Source: Minisyncoccota bacterium
GTDB taxonomy: Bacteria > Patescibacteriota > Minisyncoccia > Phycocordibacterales > UBA2100
Length of the DNA stretch: 64,000 nucleotides
NCBI GenBank assembly: GCA_018060545.1
Contig: JAGOVW010000003.1
Coordinates: forward strand, 343 to 64,342
Direction: 5' to 3'
Shown: positions 48,679 to 57,494 of the stretch, one piece after another
Layout of the letters: every line of letters begins with the position of its first letter
Position numbering within the stretch: the stretch's first letter is position 1
Made by a program: the position numbers and the translations under genes
Notes under the pieces: generated by a model
The model's input: only the letters and a program-made list of their open reading frames with translations
Told to the model about the DNA's origin: nothing
Databases searched by the model: none

Positions 48679-50088
48679 ATGAACACCATGCACGACATCA
48701 ACACAGCCGAACTCACCGACAGCTACAAGATTTCGCACTGGAAGCAGTACCCACCGAAAACCGAGCACGTCTATTCGTTCCTCGAAAGCCGCGGCGGCGT
48801 GTTTCCCGAAGTCACCTTCTTTGGCCTTCAGTACTACCTGAAGCGCTATCTGGAAGGAGCAGTTATCACGCGTGAGAACGTCGAGGAGGCAGCGGAAGAT
48901 TTCGCTGCACACTTCGGCGATCCCACACTGATGAATACCGAAGGCTGGGAGCGCATTCTCTCGGTACACGGCGGCCGACTACCACTCGTCATAAAGGCAG
49001 TGCCCGAAGGACTCACCGTTCCCACCGGCAATGTCTTGATGAGCATCGAGAACACCGATACGAAACTTCCGTGGCTCACGAACTACGCCGAGACACTGCT
49101 CTCGATGCTGTGGTATCCCATTACCATCGCAACGCAGAGCCGGCAGATGCGCCACTTGGTCCTACGCTCTCTTGCCGAAACGGGTGATGAAAGCGGCATT
49201 GACTTCAAGGTCCACGACTTCGGTTTCCGTGGTTCGACATCCGTCGAATCGGCCGGCATCGGCGGCGCGGCACACCTCGTTTCCTTCAAAGGCACAGACA
49301 CCTTCCAAGGTATCCGTGTTGCGAAGAAGTACTACAAGGAGGCTATGGCCGGCTTCTCGATTCCTGCGGCCGAGCATTCCACGATTACGTCGTGGGGTCG
49401 CGAAAACGAGGTTGATGCGTATCGCAACATGCTCGAACAGTTCCCGAAAGGCCTCGTCGCCGTCGTCTCTGACAGCTACGACATCTATCGAGCGGTCTCC
49501 GAGCTTTGGGGCAAAGAACTGCGCGAGCAGGTCTTGGCCCGCGATGGCACACTGGTGGTGCGCCCGGATTCGGGCAACCCACCGGAAGTGGTGCTGAAAG
49601 TGCTCGCCCTTCTCGGCGAAGCATTCGGCACCACTCGTAACGCCAAAGGGTACCTCGTACTGAATCCGAAGGTACGTGTGATCCAAGGCGATGGTATCGA
49701 CTACACCATGATCGGCGTCATCCTTGATGCGATGAAACAGCATGGCTGGTCAGCCGACAACATCGCCTTCGGTTCTGGCGGCGGACTCCTGCAGAAGGTC
49801 AATCGCGACACGCAGAAGTTTGCCATCAAGTGCTCGGCAATCGACACCGCTGGTCGCTGGCACGATGTTATGAAAGATCCCATCACTGATCCGGGCAAGC
49901 GATCGAAAGCCGGCAAGCTGGCACTCGTCGCGGTTCCCGGGGCACATGGCATCGGCTATAGAACGATGCGCGAAGAAGAAGCCGCACGACGGGGATTGAA
50001 AAATATCCTCGTACCGGTCTTCGAAAACGGCAGAGTTCTTTCTGAGCACACGTTCGCCCAAATTCGCGAACGCGCACTTGCACAGTAA
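48679..50088 (+). CDS. nadV: Nicotinamide phosphoribosyltransferase (NadV/NAMPT)
   Basis: N-terminus ..NTAELTDSYKISHWKQYPP.. matches the NAMPT 'TDSYKVTHYKQYPP'. About 470 aa with ..GFRGS.., ..VIQGDGI.. The AGGAG SD is 7 nt upstream of ATG 48679. Confidence 0.85.
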   Translation: MNTMHDINTAELTDSYKISHWKQYPPKTEHVYSFLESRGGVFPEVTFFGLQYYLKRYLEGAVITRENVEEAAEDFAAHFGDPTLMNTEGWERILSVHGGRLPLVIKAVPEGLTVPTGNVLMSIENTDTKLPWLTNYAETLLSMLWYPITIATQSRQMRHLVLRSLAETGDESGIDFKVHDFGFRGSTSVESAGIGGAAHLVSFKGTDTFQGIRVAKKYYKEAMAGFSIPAAEHSTITSWGRENEVDAYRNMLEQFPKGLVAVVSDSYDIYRAVSELWGKELREQVLARDGTLVVRPDSGNPPEVVLKVLALLGEAFGTTRNAKGYLVLNPKVRVIQGDGIDYTMIGVILDAMKQHGWSADNIAFGSGGGLLQKVNRDTQKFAIKCSAIDTAGRWHDVMKDPITDPGKRSKAGKLALVAVPGAHGIGYRTMREEEAARRGLKNILVPVFENGRVLSEHTFAQIRERALAQ

Positions 50089-50100
50089 GCAAGGCGCACA

Positions 50101-50134
50101 CTCCCCCGCACATGATGCGGGGGAGTTTCTTGTT
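50101..50134 (+). terminator. Rho-independent terminator after nadV
   Basis: ctcccccgca-catga-tgcgggggag followed by tttcttgtt. Confidence 0.75.
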
Positions 50135-50633
50135 ACGAATCGAGCGCCTTCAACAAATCCTCAATATCGAGTGGTTCAGTGACCATGTCTACCTCACCGT
50201 CATTTTTCACCTTCCACTCTTTTCGCGGCCGATCGGCATATAACTCAACCCCAATACCATCAGGATCATTTAAATAGAGAGCTTCGGAAACACCATGATC
50301 GGCAAAACCGGTAAAAGGATACCCTGCGTCCATCAGCTTTTTTAGGATGCGTGCCAACTCTTTGCGTGATGGCATGAGTATCGCAAAATGAAACAATCCT
50401 GAATGACCTGGTGGTGGAGGCGTTGCCCCCTTACCTGCCCATGTATTCAGCGCTAGATGGTGGTGGTATCCGCCAGCTGAAAGAAACACGGCGGAAGTGC
50501 CGTAGCGTGCGGTAATTTCAAAGCCCAATAGGTCGCGATAAAAAGCGAGCGAGCGATCCAAATCGCCCACGGTAAGGTGCACATGCCCGATAGTGGTTTG
50601 TGGATGAAGTGCCATAGGGTGATTGAAAGACAC
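50133..50633 (-). CDS. VOC family protein (glyoxalase / extradiol-dioxygenase-like)
   Basis: HVHLTVGDLDRSLAFYRDLLGF.. and a second ..HFAILMPSRKELARI.. repeat. The track uses a GTG start. An alternative ATG (MALHPQ) is at 50614. Confidence 0.7.
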   Translation of the reverse strand: MSFNHPMALHPQTTIGHVHLTVGDLDRSLAFYRDLLGFEITARYGTSAVFLSAGGYHHHLALNTWAGKGATPPPPGHSGLFHFAILMPSRKELARILKKLMDAGYPFTGFADHGVSEALYLNDPDGIGVELYADRPRKEWKVKNDGEVDMVTEPLDIEDLLKALDS

Positions 50634-50817
50634 CTCTTGCGAGGTGTCTTTTCATTTACTTAACTTTCTTTGGCTTCTTAGCCTCCTTCTTTCGTGAGTT
50701 GTTTCCTTTTGCCATATGAAAAACTATCTCGAGTAATGTACACATCCTAGCATGCGCCTGTACCGTGCATGTCTGTTGTGAACTGGTGAAAAGAGCGCAG
50801 TCGCGTATCATGCAGGG

Positions 50818-52071
50818 ATGCGCATCGCGGTAGTTGGATCAGGTATTTCTGGTATGGCCGCGGCATATCTCCTTGCACCTCACGCAGAGGTTACACTCTA
50901 CGAGCAAGCGCCCCAGCTTGGTGGCCACGCACACACTGCAACGGTTGCATTCAAAGACGTCACTGTGCCCGTCGACACGGGGTTCATGGTGTACAACCCG
51001 GTGCGATATCCATACTTCGTCGCACTCCTCAACGATCTGCAGGTCACTTCGCTCAACACGGTGATGAGTTTTTCGGCACACATTCCTGGCGAAGTTATGT
51101 ACAGCAGTGAGTTTCGCGGCCTTTTCGGCAATCTGCGCCAATGCATGAATCCTCGTTACTGGCGCATGATTGTAGACATCATACGATTCAATGCAGCAGC
51201 AAAGCGTTTCTTGCAGCAGCCAGACCCCGAAAAGCTCCTGGGAGATTTTCTGAGTGAGCACCGCTTTTCACCAGAGCTGTCGTCGTGGTACCTCTACCCC
51301 ATGATGGCATCAATTTGGTCTGCAGGGACCGATGCTTTGGAAAAATACCCCGCATACGAAACGTTCCGTTTTCTCAATAATCACCTGCTGCTCAACACGA
51401 TTACCAAAGCACAGTGGAAGACTATACAGGGTGGCTCTATTCGGTACGTGGAAGCCCTTGCGCAACGACTCGCACGCGAAGGTGTGACCATCCGTCTCAG
51501 CACACCAGTTACGTCCGTCACCCGCTCCACCGATGCCGTAACAATAACGACCGACAACAGCAGTGCTACCTTTGATCACGTCTATATCGCCACGCACGCG
51601 GACGAGGCACTTACCATGCTCCACGATGCAACTCATGCCGAGCGTGACGTATTGGGACTATTCTCCTACAGCTCGAATCACGTCGTCTTGCACAGCGACG
51701 AATCCTTTATGCCACCCCGCAAGAACACATGGGCATCGTGGAATTACGTCGAAGAAGTGGGGGCTACAAAGCGCGTCGCACTCACCTACTATATGAATTC
51801 ACTGCAACACATTAAGAAAGAATACCCAGTTTTTGTCACACTCAACCCGTCGCGCACACCTCGCACTGATCTCACCCATCACACGTACACGTATGCCCAT
51901 CCCGTGTTTGATGCTGCAGCTCGTTCGGGCCAAGCGCGCATACAGGAAATAAGCACGGGTCGTACTCACTATGTGGGTGCACACTTAGGTTTTGGATTTC
52001 ATGAAGACGGCATCGCGTCTGCGGTACACGCGGTGCAAGCGCTTGGCTTCCCTATCCGTCTTTCTCTATGA
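50818..52071 (+). CDS. FAD-dependent oxidoreductase (amine-oxidase-like; the kind associated with cyclopropane-fatty-acid synthase clusters)
   Basis: N-terminal dinucleotide-binding motif IAVVGSGISGMAAAY. 417 aa. Followed by DUF1365 with a 4-nt overlap. Confidence 0.75.
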   Translation: MRIAVVGSGISGMAAAYLLAPHAEVTLYEQAPQLGGHAHTATVAFKDVTVPVDTGFMVYNPVRYPYFVALLNDLQVTSLNTVMSFSAHIPGEVMYSSEFRGLFGNLRQCMNPRYWRMIVDIIRFNAAAKRFLQQPDPEKLLGDFLSEHRFSPELSSWYLYPMMASIWSAGTDALEKYPAYETFRFLNNHLLLNTITKAQWKTIQGGSIRYVEALAQRLAREGVTIRLSTPVTSVTRSTDAVTITTDNSSATFDHVYIATHADEALTMLHDATHAERDVLGLFSYSSNHVVLHSDESFMPPRKNTWASWNYVEEVGATKRVALTYYMNSLQHIKKEYPVFVTLNPSRTPRTDLTHHTYTYAHPVFDAAARSGQARIQEISTGRTHYVGAHLGFGFHEDGIASAVHAVQALGFPIRLSL

Positions 52072-52859
52072 AGAACGTGGAGCTCCTCACCGCCACAGTG
52101 GGCCACGAACGATTTTCACCCAAAAAGAACGCCTTCACCTACCAGGTGTACTACACGGTGTGTCCCGTTACCAATGAACCCGTAGCCACGCCAGCACTCT
52201 TTTCGTTCAACCGCTTTAATGTGCTCAGCATGCATACGAAAGATCATGGCCCAAAAGATGGCAGCGCGTGGCGCCCGTGGATTGCGGCACAGTGCAGCAC
52301 ACGAGGAATGCACGTAGCAGATGACGATGTCGTGCTGTTAGTTGCACACCCACGTCTTTTTGGCTTTGCATTCAACCCCATTTCATACTGGCTCGTGTTC
52401 GAAAAAAATACACACCTGAAAGCGGTACTATGTGAGGTGCACAACACGTTTGGCGATAACCACAATTACCTACTCCTGAACGAGGATTTCAGAAGCATCG
52501 AGCCGTCCGACCTCTTTGCGGCAAAGAAGAATTTGTACGTCTCGCCCTTCAATACCGTTGCACCAGGCAGCTATACGTTCTCGTTCACCGTGAACCCCAC
52601 GAAATTCAAATCGGTCATCAACTATTACGAAAACAACGTACACCTGTTGAATACATACATGGGCGGCACCCGCACCACGCTTACCACCAGGCGCATCTGT
52701 ACCGTCGTAATCATGTACCCATTGATGACACTGTTGGTTGTGTGGCGCATCCACTGGCAAGCCGTACGCCTCTACGTCAAAGGAGTGCGTCCCACCCTTT
52801 CATCTCGCCCACAGCATACGAAGGACAAAACGACACAGGGTTCTCGCACAACGCCGTAA
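52068..52859 (+). CDS. DUF1365 family protein
   Basis: Conserved position downstream of the amine-oxidase-like gene. Motif ..RLFGFAFNPISYW.. The 4-nt start/stop overlap indicates coupling. Confidence 0.65.
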   Translation: MKNVELLTATVGHERFSPKKNAFTYQVYYTVCPVTNEPVATPALFSFNRFNVLSMHTKDHGPKDGSAWRPWIAAQCSTRGMHVADDDVVLLVAHPRLFGFAFNPISYWLVFEKNTHLKAVLCEVHNTFGDNHNYLLLNEDFRSIEPSDLFAAKKNLYVSPFNTVAPGSYTFSFTVNPTKFKSVINYYENNVHLLNTYMGGTRTTLTTRRICTVVIMYPLMTLLVVWRIHWQAVRLYVKGVRPTLSSRPQHTKDKTTQGSRTTP

Positions 52860-53978
52860 CTAATTTTCTTTGATGAGATGTATCTGCCCCACATCAATCG
52901 TCCCCGAGCGGAACAACCCCGCACACACCATCAGATAGTATCGCCACATGCGATAAAAGCGCTCGTCGTACAAAGTATTACCCGCATCATCGGTTAGCTT
53001 CTGAATCTCACCCCACGCGCCACGAAACCGTTCGTCCCACATCATGAGCGTGCGGTCATAGTCTTTGCCAAATCGCTCAATCTCATTCATCGTAAACAAT
53101 CCGCGAATCGCACTTTCCAGCTGCGCCAAGGGTGGCAACACTCCATTAGGGAAAATACGTGTGGAAATCCATGAATCAGGTACTCCTTGCCCTAGTATGG
53201 CCTGCAGAAGAAAAGCCCCCTCAACTTTCAGCATCGTATGGGCCACCTGCATGTACGCGCGCAAGTTCTTCAATCCCACCGCTTCGATCATTTCAATAGA
53301 AACAACACGATCGAAACTTCCCTCGTACTCTTTTGGCAGCGTTCGATAGTCACCAAAGTAAAAAGTCACTGGGAGCCCCTCACACTTTTTTTCAGCAAAT
53401 GCGAGCTGTTCTTTTGAAACGGTCACACCGACAACACTCACTCCGTAGTGTTGTGCAGCATAAGCTGCGAAAGTGCCCCACCCACAACCAATTTCAAGTA
53501 CGCGCATACCAGGGGCGAGCTTGAGCGTTTTACACACGCGATCAAATTTTGCGTACTGGGCTTCTGCGAGAGTGGTGGCACCATTCCCGAAATAGCCCGA
53601 GCTGTATCCCATACTCTCTCCAAGCATGCGTTCGTACAGGCCGTTGCCCACATCGTAGTGTCTTTGCGCCACTTGAAACGCGCGGCGCACACTCTGCAAG
53701 TTGAAGAAGGTGTTTTGCATGCGCAGCAGCATATCTGCCAGCTGGCCAATATCGTATTCCAACTGCGCTCGCAGTACCCGATAGAAGAACTCATCGAGCT
53801 TCTCACAGTCCCACATACCAGAAACGTAGGCGTCACCCAACCCCAAACTTCCCAACACAAAGGTGCGCCAATACACACGAGCATCGTGTACGTGAGGGTC
53901 ATGCGGCTGCGTGCCGTTGATAGTCAGCCCTACAGACTGCAGCAACTCGGTTGCTCTGCGTTGAAATAGTGCACGCAT
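52860..53978 (-). CDS. cfa: Cyclopropane-fatty-acyl-phospholipid synthase
   Basis: SAM-binding motif VLEIGCGWGTFAAYAA. Cfa-specific C-terminal motifs (..YYLMVCAGLFRSG..). 372 aa. Confidence 0.85.
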   Translation of the reverse strand: MRALFQRRATELLQSVGLTINGTQPHDPHVHDARVYWRTFVLGSLGLGDAYVSGMWDCEKLDEFFYRVLRAQLEYDIGQLADMLLRMQNTFFNLQSVRRAFQVAQRHYDVGNGLYERMLGESMGYSSGYFGNGATTLAEAQYAKFDRVCKTLKLAPGMRVLEIGCGWGTFAAYAAQHYGVSVVGVTVSKEQLAFAEKKCEGLPVTFYFGDYRTLPKEYEGSFDRVVSIEMIEAVGLKNLRAYMQVAHTMLKVEGAFLLQAILGQGVPDSWISTRIFPNGVLPPLAQLESAIRGLFTMNEIERFGKDYDRTLMMWDERFRGAWGEIQKLTDDAGNTLYDERFYRMWRYYLMVCAGLFRSGTIDVGQIHLIKEN

Positions 53979-53981
53979 ATA

Positions 53982-54347
53982 TTAGTACCCAAGCATCGTC
54001 ACCATGGTAAATAGGCCCACACTGCTATAGAGGGCAACCGGTGTGCGTGGCAACACCAGCGCATCTGTGCCGCGCCTCAAGACCACCATTCCCAGTGCCA
54101 CCACCCCTACATACAGAGCGACTCCGCCACACGTACCCATTCCCGTCTGTGTGGGTGAAAGCACCACCAAAAGCGCACCAGAACCAAGCGTCATCACGGC
54201 AAGGCCAGAGAGTAGCGAGTACATGCGCTCACTCCAGAGCGCTGTAGCGGACCCTATCCAAACGCGCGCCGCAATCACACCAACGCACAGTAAGGTAACT
54301 ACGCCCAAGAGTACGTGGGCGTACAGGAGTAGTGCGCTAAAAAACAT
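53982..54347 (-). CDS. Small integral membrane protein (hypothetical) upstream of cfa
   Basis: 121 aa with three or four TM helices, 3 nt from the cfa start. Confidence 0.45.
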   Translation of the reverse strand: MFFSALLLYAHVLLGVVTLLCVGVIAARVWIGSATALWSERMYSLLSGLAVMTLGSGALLVVLSPTQTGMGTCGGVALYVGVVALGMVVLRRGTDALVLPRTPVALYSSVGLFTMVTMLGY

Positions 54348-54458
54348 ACAGGTGCATCATACCAAACCTACAGATGCCCGTCCTCACCGTTCACACTTTG
54401 ACCCACGGCGCACCCTTATGGTACGGTCACACGCAGTCACACAACAGAGGAGGTACGA

Positions 54459-54947
54459 GTGAAATTCGAACATAGTTTCGTAGCCAGCGAGACCAGAGTC
54501 GTCAGTTGCGCACGTATTCTGGTGCGGCGAGAAGTGGCGGCAAAACATGGAGCTGTTCCAAGCAGCGCCGACGTTGATCAGGCCAAAGCACAGTTCCTGA
54601 AAGCAGAGCTGTACGGCCTAGCGTCGCTCATTGATGCGGTGCGCGCCGTCGAAACAGCAGAAGATGTTCTGGGATACTTCGGGTTCACCTTCGACCGCGA
54701 CCGCCTCCAGAGCACACCGCTACAAGAAGGCGAAACGATGTTGGACCGGGGCATGAAAATCATGCGCCTACCTCACCCACAATGGGGCAACCGGCTCGGC
54801 ACCGCTACCGTGCTTGATGAGCTGGTGCATCTCGCGGCAGATCCAAACTTGGCCATGCTGAGCGCAGAACATCGTGCAGTATTGAATGAGGCGACCGCCG
54901 AAGGTGCCGCGTTCTTCTCTCAAGCCACAAGCAGTGGGAGCTCTTAA
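54459..54947 (+). CDS. Hypothetical protein (162 aa)
   Basis: ORF only. No recognisable motif. Confidence 0.4.
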   Translation: MKFEHSFVASETRVVSCARILVRREVAAKHGAVPSSADVDQAKAQFLKAELYGLASLIDAVRAVETAEDVLGYFGFTFDRDRLQSTPLQEGETMLDRGMKIMRLPHPQWGNRLGTATVLDELVHLAADPNLAMLSAEHRAVLNEATAEGAAFFSQATSSGSS

Positions 54948-54999
54948 AAATATCCGGCGCAGCATATTGCTGCGCCGGATTCGATTTTCTTGATAGCAC

Positions 55000-55437
55000 C
55001 TAGGGAACAAAACCATGATCAGCATGTTGCTTCCTATATGCAGCAAGCATCTGCACGATGTATTCGCCATCTGGCAGATTCCCCTCCTCGTCGAGCCAGA
55101 TGAATACACGTTCCGACATGCCATTCAAAACAGTAGCAGCACAAGTCGCACCACAGCCCAGGTGATATGCCACGTAAAACAGAGGCGCTATTTCCTGCCA
55201 CTCATGCTCATCCTGAATGATGGGAAGCGGTGCACTGCTATCCCACACCGCTACTCGACTGGGGGCATCGAACCACACATCACGCGGTGTGCAGGTCACC
55301 CAGCACAGTGCTTTGTGCCGGAGGAATGCGACACGTGGCCCCAGCGTATCGTCATCGGGAATGTTCACCAAATCAAAAGCTTTGCGCACCGTTAGCTCGA
55401 ACGCCGCGAATCGCTCATCATGCACCAGATCGAACAT
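55000..55437 (-). CDS. Hypothetical protein (145 aa)
   Basis: ORF only. Convergent with 54459..54947. Confidence 0.4.
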   Translation of the reverse strand: MFDLVHDERFAAFELTVRKAFDLVNIPDDDTLGPRVAFLRHKALCWVTCTPRDVWFDAPSRVAVWDSSAPLPIIQDEHEWQEIAPLFYVAYHLGCGATCAATVLNGMSERVFIWLDEEGNLPDGEYIVQMLAAYRKQHADHGFVP

Positions 55438-55517
55438 GGCTTCTCCTCCTGTTTCCGTATGTACTGTAGAACAGCTCAGGATGGAAACAACTCAATCGAA
55501 GTTACCCGCTCTATCTC

Positions 55518-55781
55518 CTATTCTTCGATAGCTGCCTGTGTGGCATCTTCGTGTGCCTGCATTTTCATTCGTATGCTGTTTGCCTGCTCGAGGGCGTCTT
55601 GGTTTCTTCCAATCGTGTAGTGGTGGGCCATCTGGTACCCGCGCTCTAGATAGCTCACGCCCTGTTCGTCTTTTATAGAGTACGCCGCGCCTACTGCTGC
55701 AATAAGCACGATGATAGAAACGGTACTAAACCCTCGTTGTGATGATGGTGTCATGTGGGAAATTATAACCATGGCATGCAA
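55518..55781 (-). CDS. Small single-TM protein (hypothetical)
   Basis: Hydrophobic segment VSIIVLIAAVGAAY. Confidence 0.3.
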   Translation of the reverse strand: MHAMVIISHMTPSSQRGFSTVSIIVLIAAVGAAYSIKDEQGVSYLERGYQMAHHYTIGRNQDALEQANSIRMKMQAHEDATQAAIEE

Positions 55782-55891
55782 GCATCACGACTTCACACGC
55801 AGTACACGCTATAATTGCTTTTCCGAATAACTGTGGTATTTTATGTCCCGGCCAAAAAATCTGGGCCGATCACAAGAGAAGGAGCAGAACG

Positions 55892-56074
55892 ATGAGTTGC
55901 AAAGCCTGCGGGCAGAACCACGCAAAAGGCCGCTGTCCGCCGAAGCGCGACAATCGCGCAGCACGCAAGCGCGCCGAACGTGCGCAAGAAGCTGCCAGCA
56001 ACAACGTTCCGATGCGCGGCATGCCCGTGTCGGGAACCGGCAAGACGTCCGCCTCCGCAAAGAGCGACGCATAG
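55892..56074 (+). CDS. Small basic Cys-containing protein (60 aa; CxxC...C)
   Basis: MSCKACGQNHAKGRCPP.. with a canonical AAGGAG SD 11 nt upstream of the ATG. Confidence 0.4.
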   Translation: MSCKACGQNHAKGRCPPKRDNRAARKRAERAQEAASNNVPMRGMPVSGTGKTSASAKSDA

Positions 56075-56155
56075 ATTCCTTCTTCCTCAGCACGGATTTG
56101 GAAAGGAGTACATTCATGGCCCCCAGCTACGCTGGGGGCCGCACTTTTTCCGCGC

Positions 56156-56599
56156 CTACCGCACGACGTCAGCACCTGCTTTTTCTAACGCCCCAATTCC
56201 TCCCGCAGCATCCCGCACCTGGGTAAAGCCAAGCTCACGCATCATTGCCAGTGTTTTCCCCGAACGATTCCCACTGCGGCAGTACACGTAGTACGACGCG
56301 TCCTTATCCAGCTGCGCAATCTTTTCGTTAAAATCGGGTGCATAGAAATCCATCAAGACCGCATCCTTCATATGCCCTTCTGCAAACTCTGCGGGCGTGC
56401 GTACATCGAGGACTACAGCGTTCGCATCATTCCTATACTCAGCAAGAAACGTTGGTGCCGCGATGGTTTGCAGTGCACTTGATTCAAGACCAGCCGCAGG
56501 CACGCTCGCCGTTTTGGCAAAAAATAGCACTCCGCTCCCCACGAGCACCGCACCAAGTGCAACACCCATCAACACACGTTTTGTTGCCATCGTAATCAT
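56156..56599 (-). CDS. Exported rhodanese-domain sulfurtransferase
   Basis: Signal peptide (MGVALGAVLVGSGVLFFAKTASVPAAG). Active-site loop YCRSGNRSG. Confidence 0.75.
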   Translation of the reverse strand: MITMATKRVLMGVALGAVLVGSGVLFFAKTASVPAAGLESSALQTIAAPTFLAEYRNDANAVVLDVRTPAEFAEGHMKDAVLMDFYAPDFNEKIAQLDKDASYYVYCRSGNRSGKTLAMMRELGFTQVRDAAGGIGALEKAGADVVR

Positions 56600-56643
56600 A
56601 GAATCACTGTAGCACGCATCGCATATGGAGTGGCGGCCACTAG

Positions 56644-57159
56644 TTACACAGTGCCTTCAATTTCTTTTGGTTGCGTATACGTCCAGGTTTCAATCTCTTT
56701 ACCATTGAGGTACACAAACACCTGTACCGAATCGAAAAGGTCGGCAACCGCATACATGCGCTTTCCTACATGTTCCCGTTCTGTGGATGCGTGCTGTGCA
56801 CTTGCTTTCAGCTGATTAACGGTGCTGCCACTGCGCGCATCCACGATACTTGCCGGATTACCATCTAAATCTTTTTGCGCCCAGCGGATGTAGTGCTGCA
56901 CCTCGCTGAACTCATCTGGTGTTGCAATCGATGCCATGGTTGGAATACGGTCTTTGATCGCATGCATCTGTGCTTCGAAATCACTCTGTCGCGCCTCGTG
57001 AGTATCACCGCCCCCTTCCGTTGGTACAGGTGTTGGCTGTACCGCACCCTCTGATACTGCATCAGCTACTGGTGCAACTTCCTGCTTATTTTTTCTGCCT
57101 GGCAAAAATGAAAATCGCATATGTGAAAAGGATAGCATGTGTATCACCGCATCCTGCAC
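56644..57159 (-). CDS. Hypothetical protein (171 aa, no Cys) immediately downstream of the Ubl/E1/JAB operon
   Basis: ORF only. 74-nt gap from the Ubl gene. Confidence 0.4.
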   Translation of the reverse strand: MQDAVIHMLSFSHMRFSFLPGRKNKQEVAPVADAVSEGAVQPTPVPTEGGGDTHEARQSDFEAQMHAIKDRIPTMASIATPDEFSEVQHYIRWAQKDLDGNPASIVDARSGSTVNQLKASAQHASTEREHVGKRMYAVADLFDSVQVFVYLNGKEIETWTYTQPKEIEGTV

Positions 57160-57233
57160 CCCTCAAAAGCAAAAAAGAGAACCGCCCAGCACGCTGGGCG
57201 GTTCGTATAAATGAACAGGTCACGGTGCCAAGG

Positions 57234-57494
57234 TCAGCCCTTGTCGCCGGCCTGCTTGATGACCTCGATGTTGTCGCCGGGCTGGATCACGTAGGTGCGC
57301 CCGGCTGCCTTTCCATTCACGAGCACAGATCCCTTCCACGGTTCGTTGTATCCCATCACGTCGGCCACATCCTGATCGCCGAGGAAGTCCTCGACGGTTC
57401 GGCCGACCGCATCGAAACTCTGCGTGGTCGGACCGTACGAGAGGGAGAGTTGCACGCTGCCCGTGGTCACGGGCGAGTCTGCGATGTCGCTCAT
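57234..57494 (-). CDS. Ubiquitin-like beta-grasp protein (ThiS/MoaD-like), 86 aa, C-terminal ...QAGDKG
   Basis: ..VLVNGKAAGRTYVIQPGDNIEVIKQAGDKG fits the ThiS/MoaD 'V.vNg......l.dGD.v.i' pattern with a terminal Gly. The 4-nt overlap (ATGA) with the E1 gene implies translational coupling. Confidence 0.6.
   Translation of the reverse strand: MSDIADSPVTTGSVQLSLSYGPTTQSFDAVGRTVEDFLGDQDVADVMGYNEPWKGSVLVNGKAAGRTYVIQPGDNIEVIKQAGDKG

Noticed and set aside
49162-49743. 193-aa minus-strand ORF inside nadV
   Set aside because: Antisense to a strongly supported NAMPT gene.
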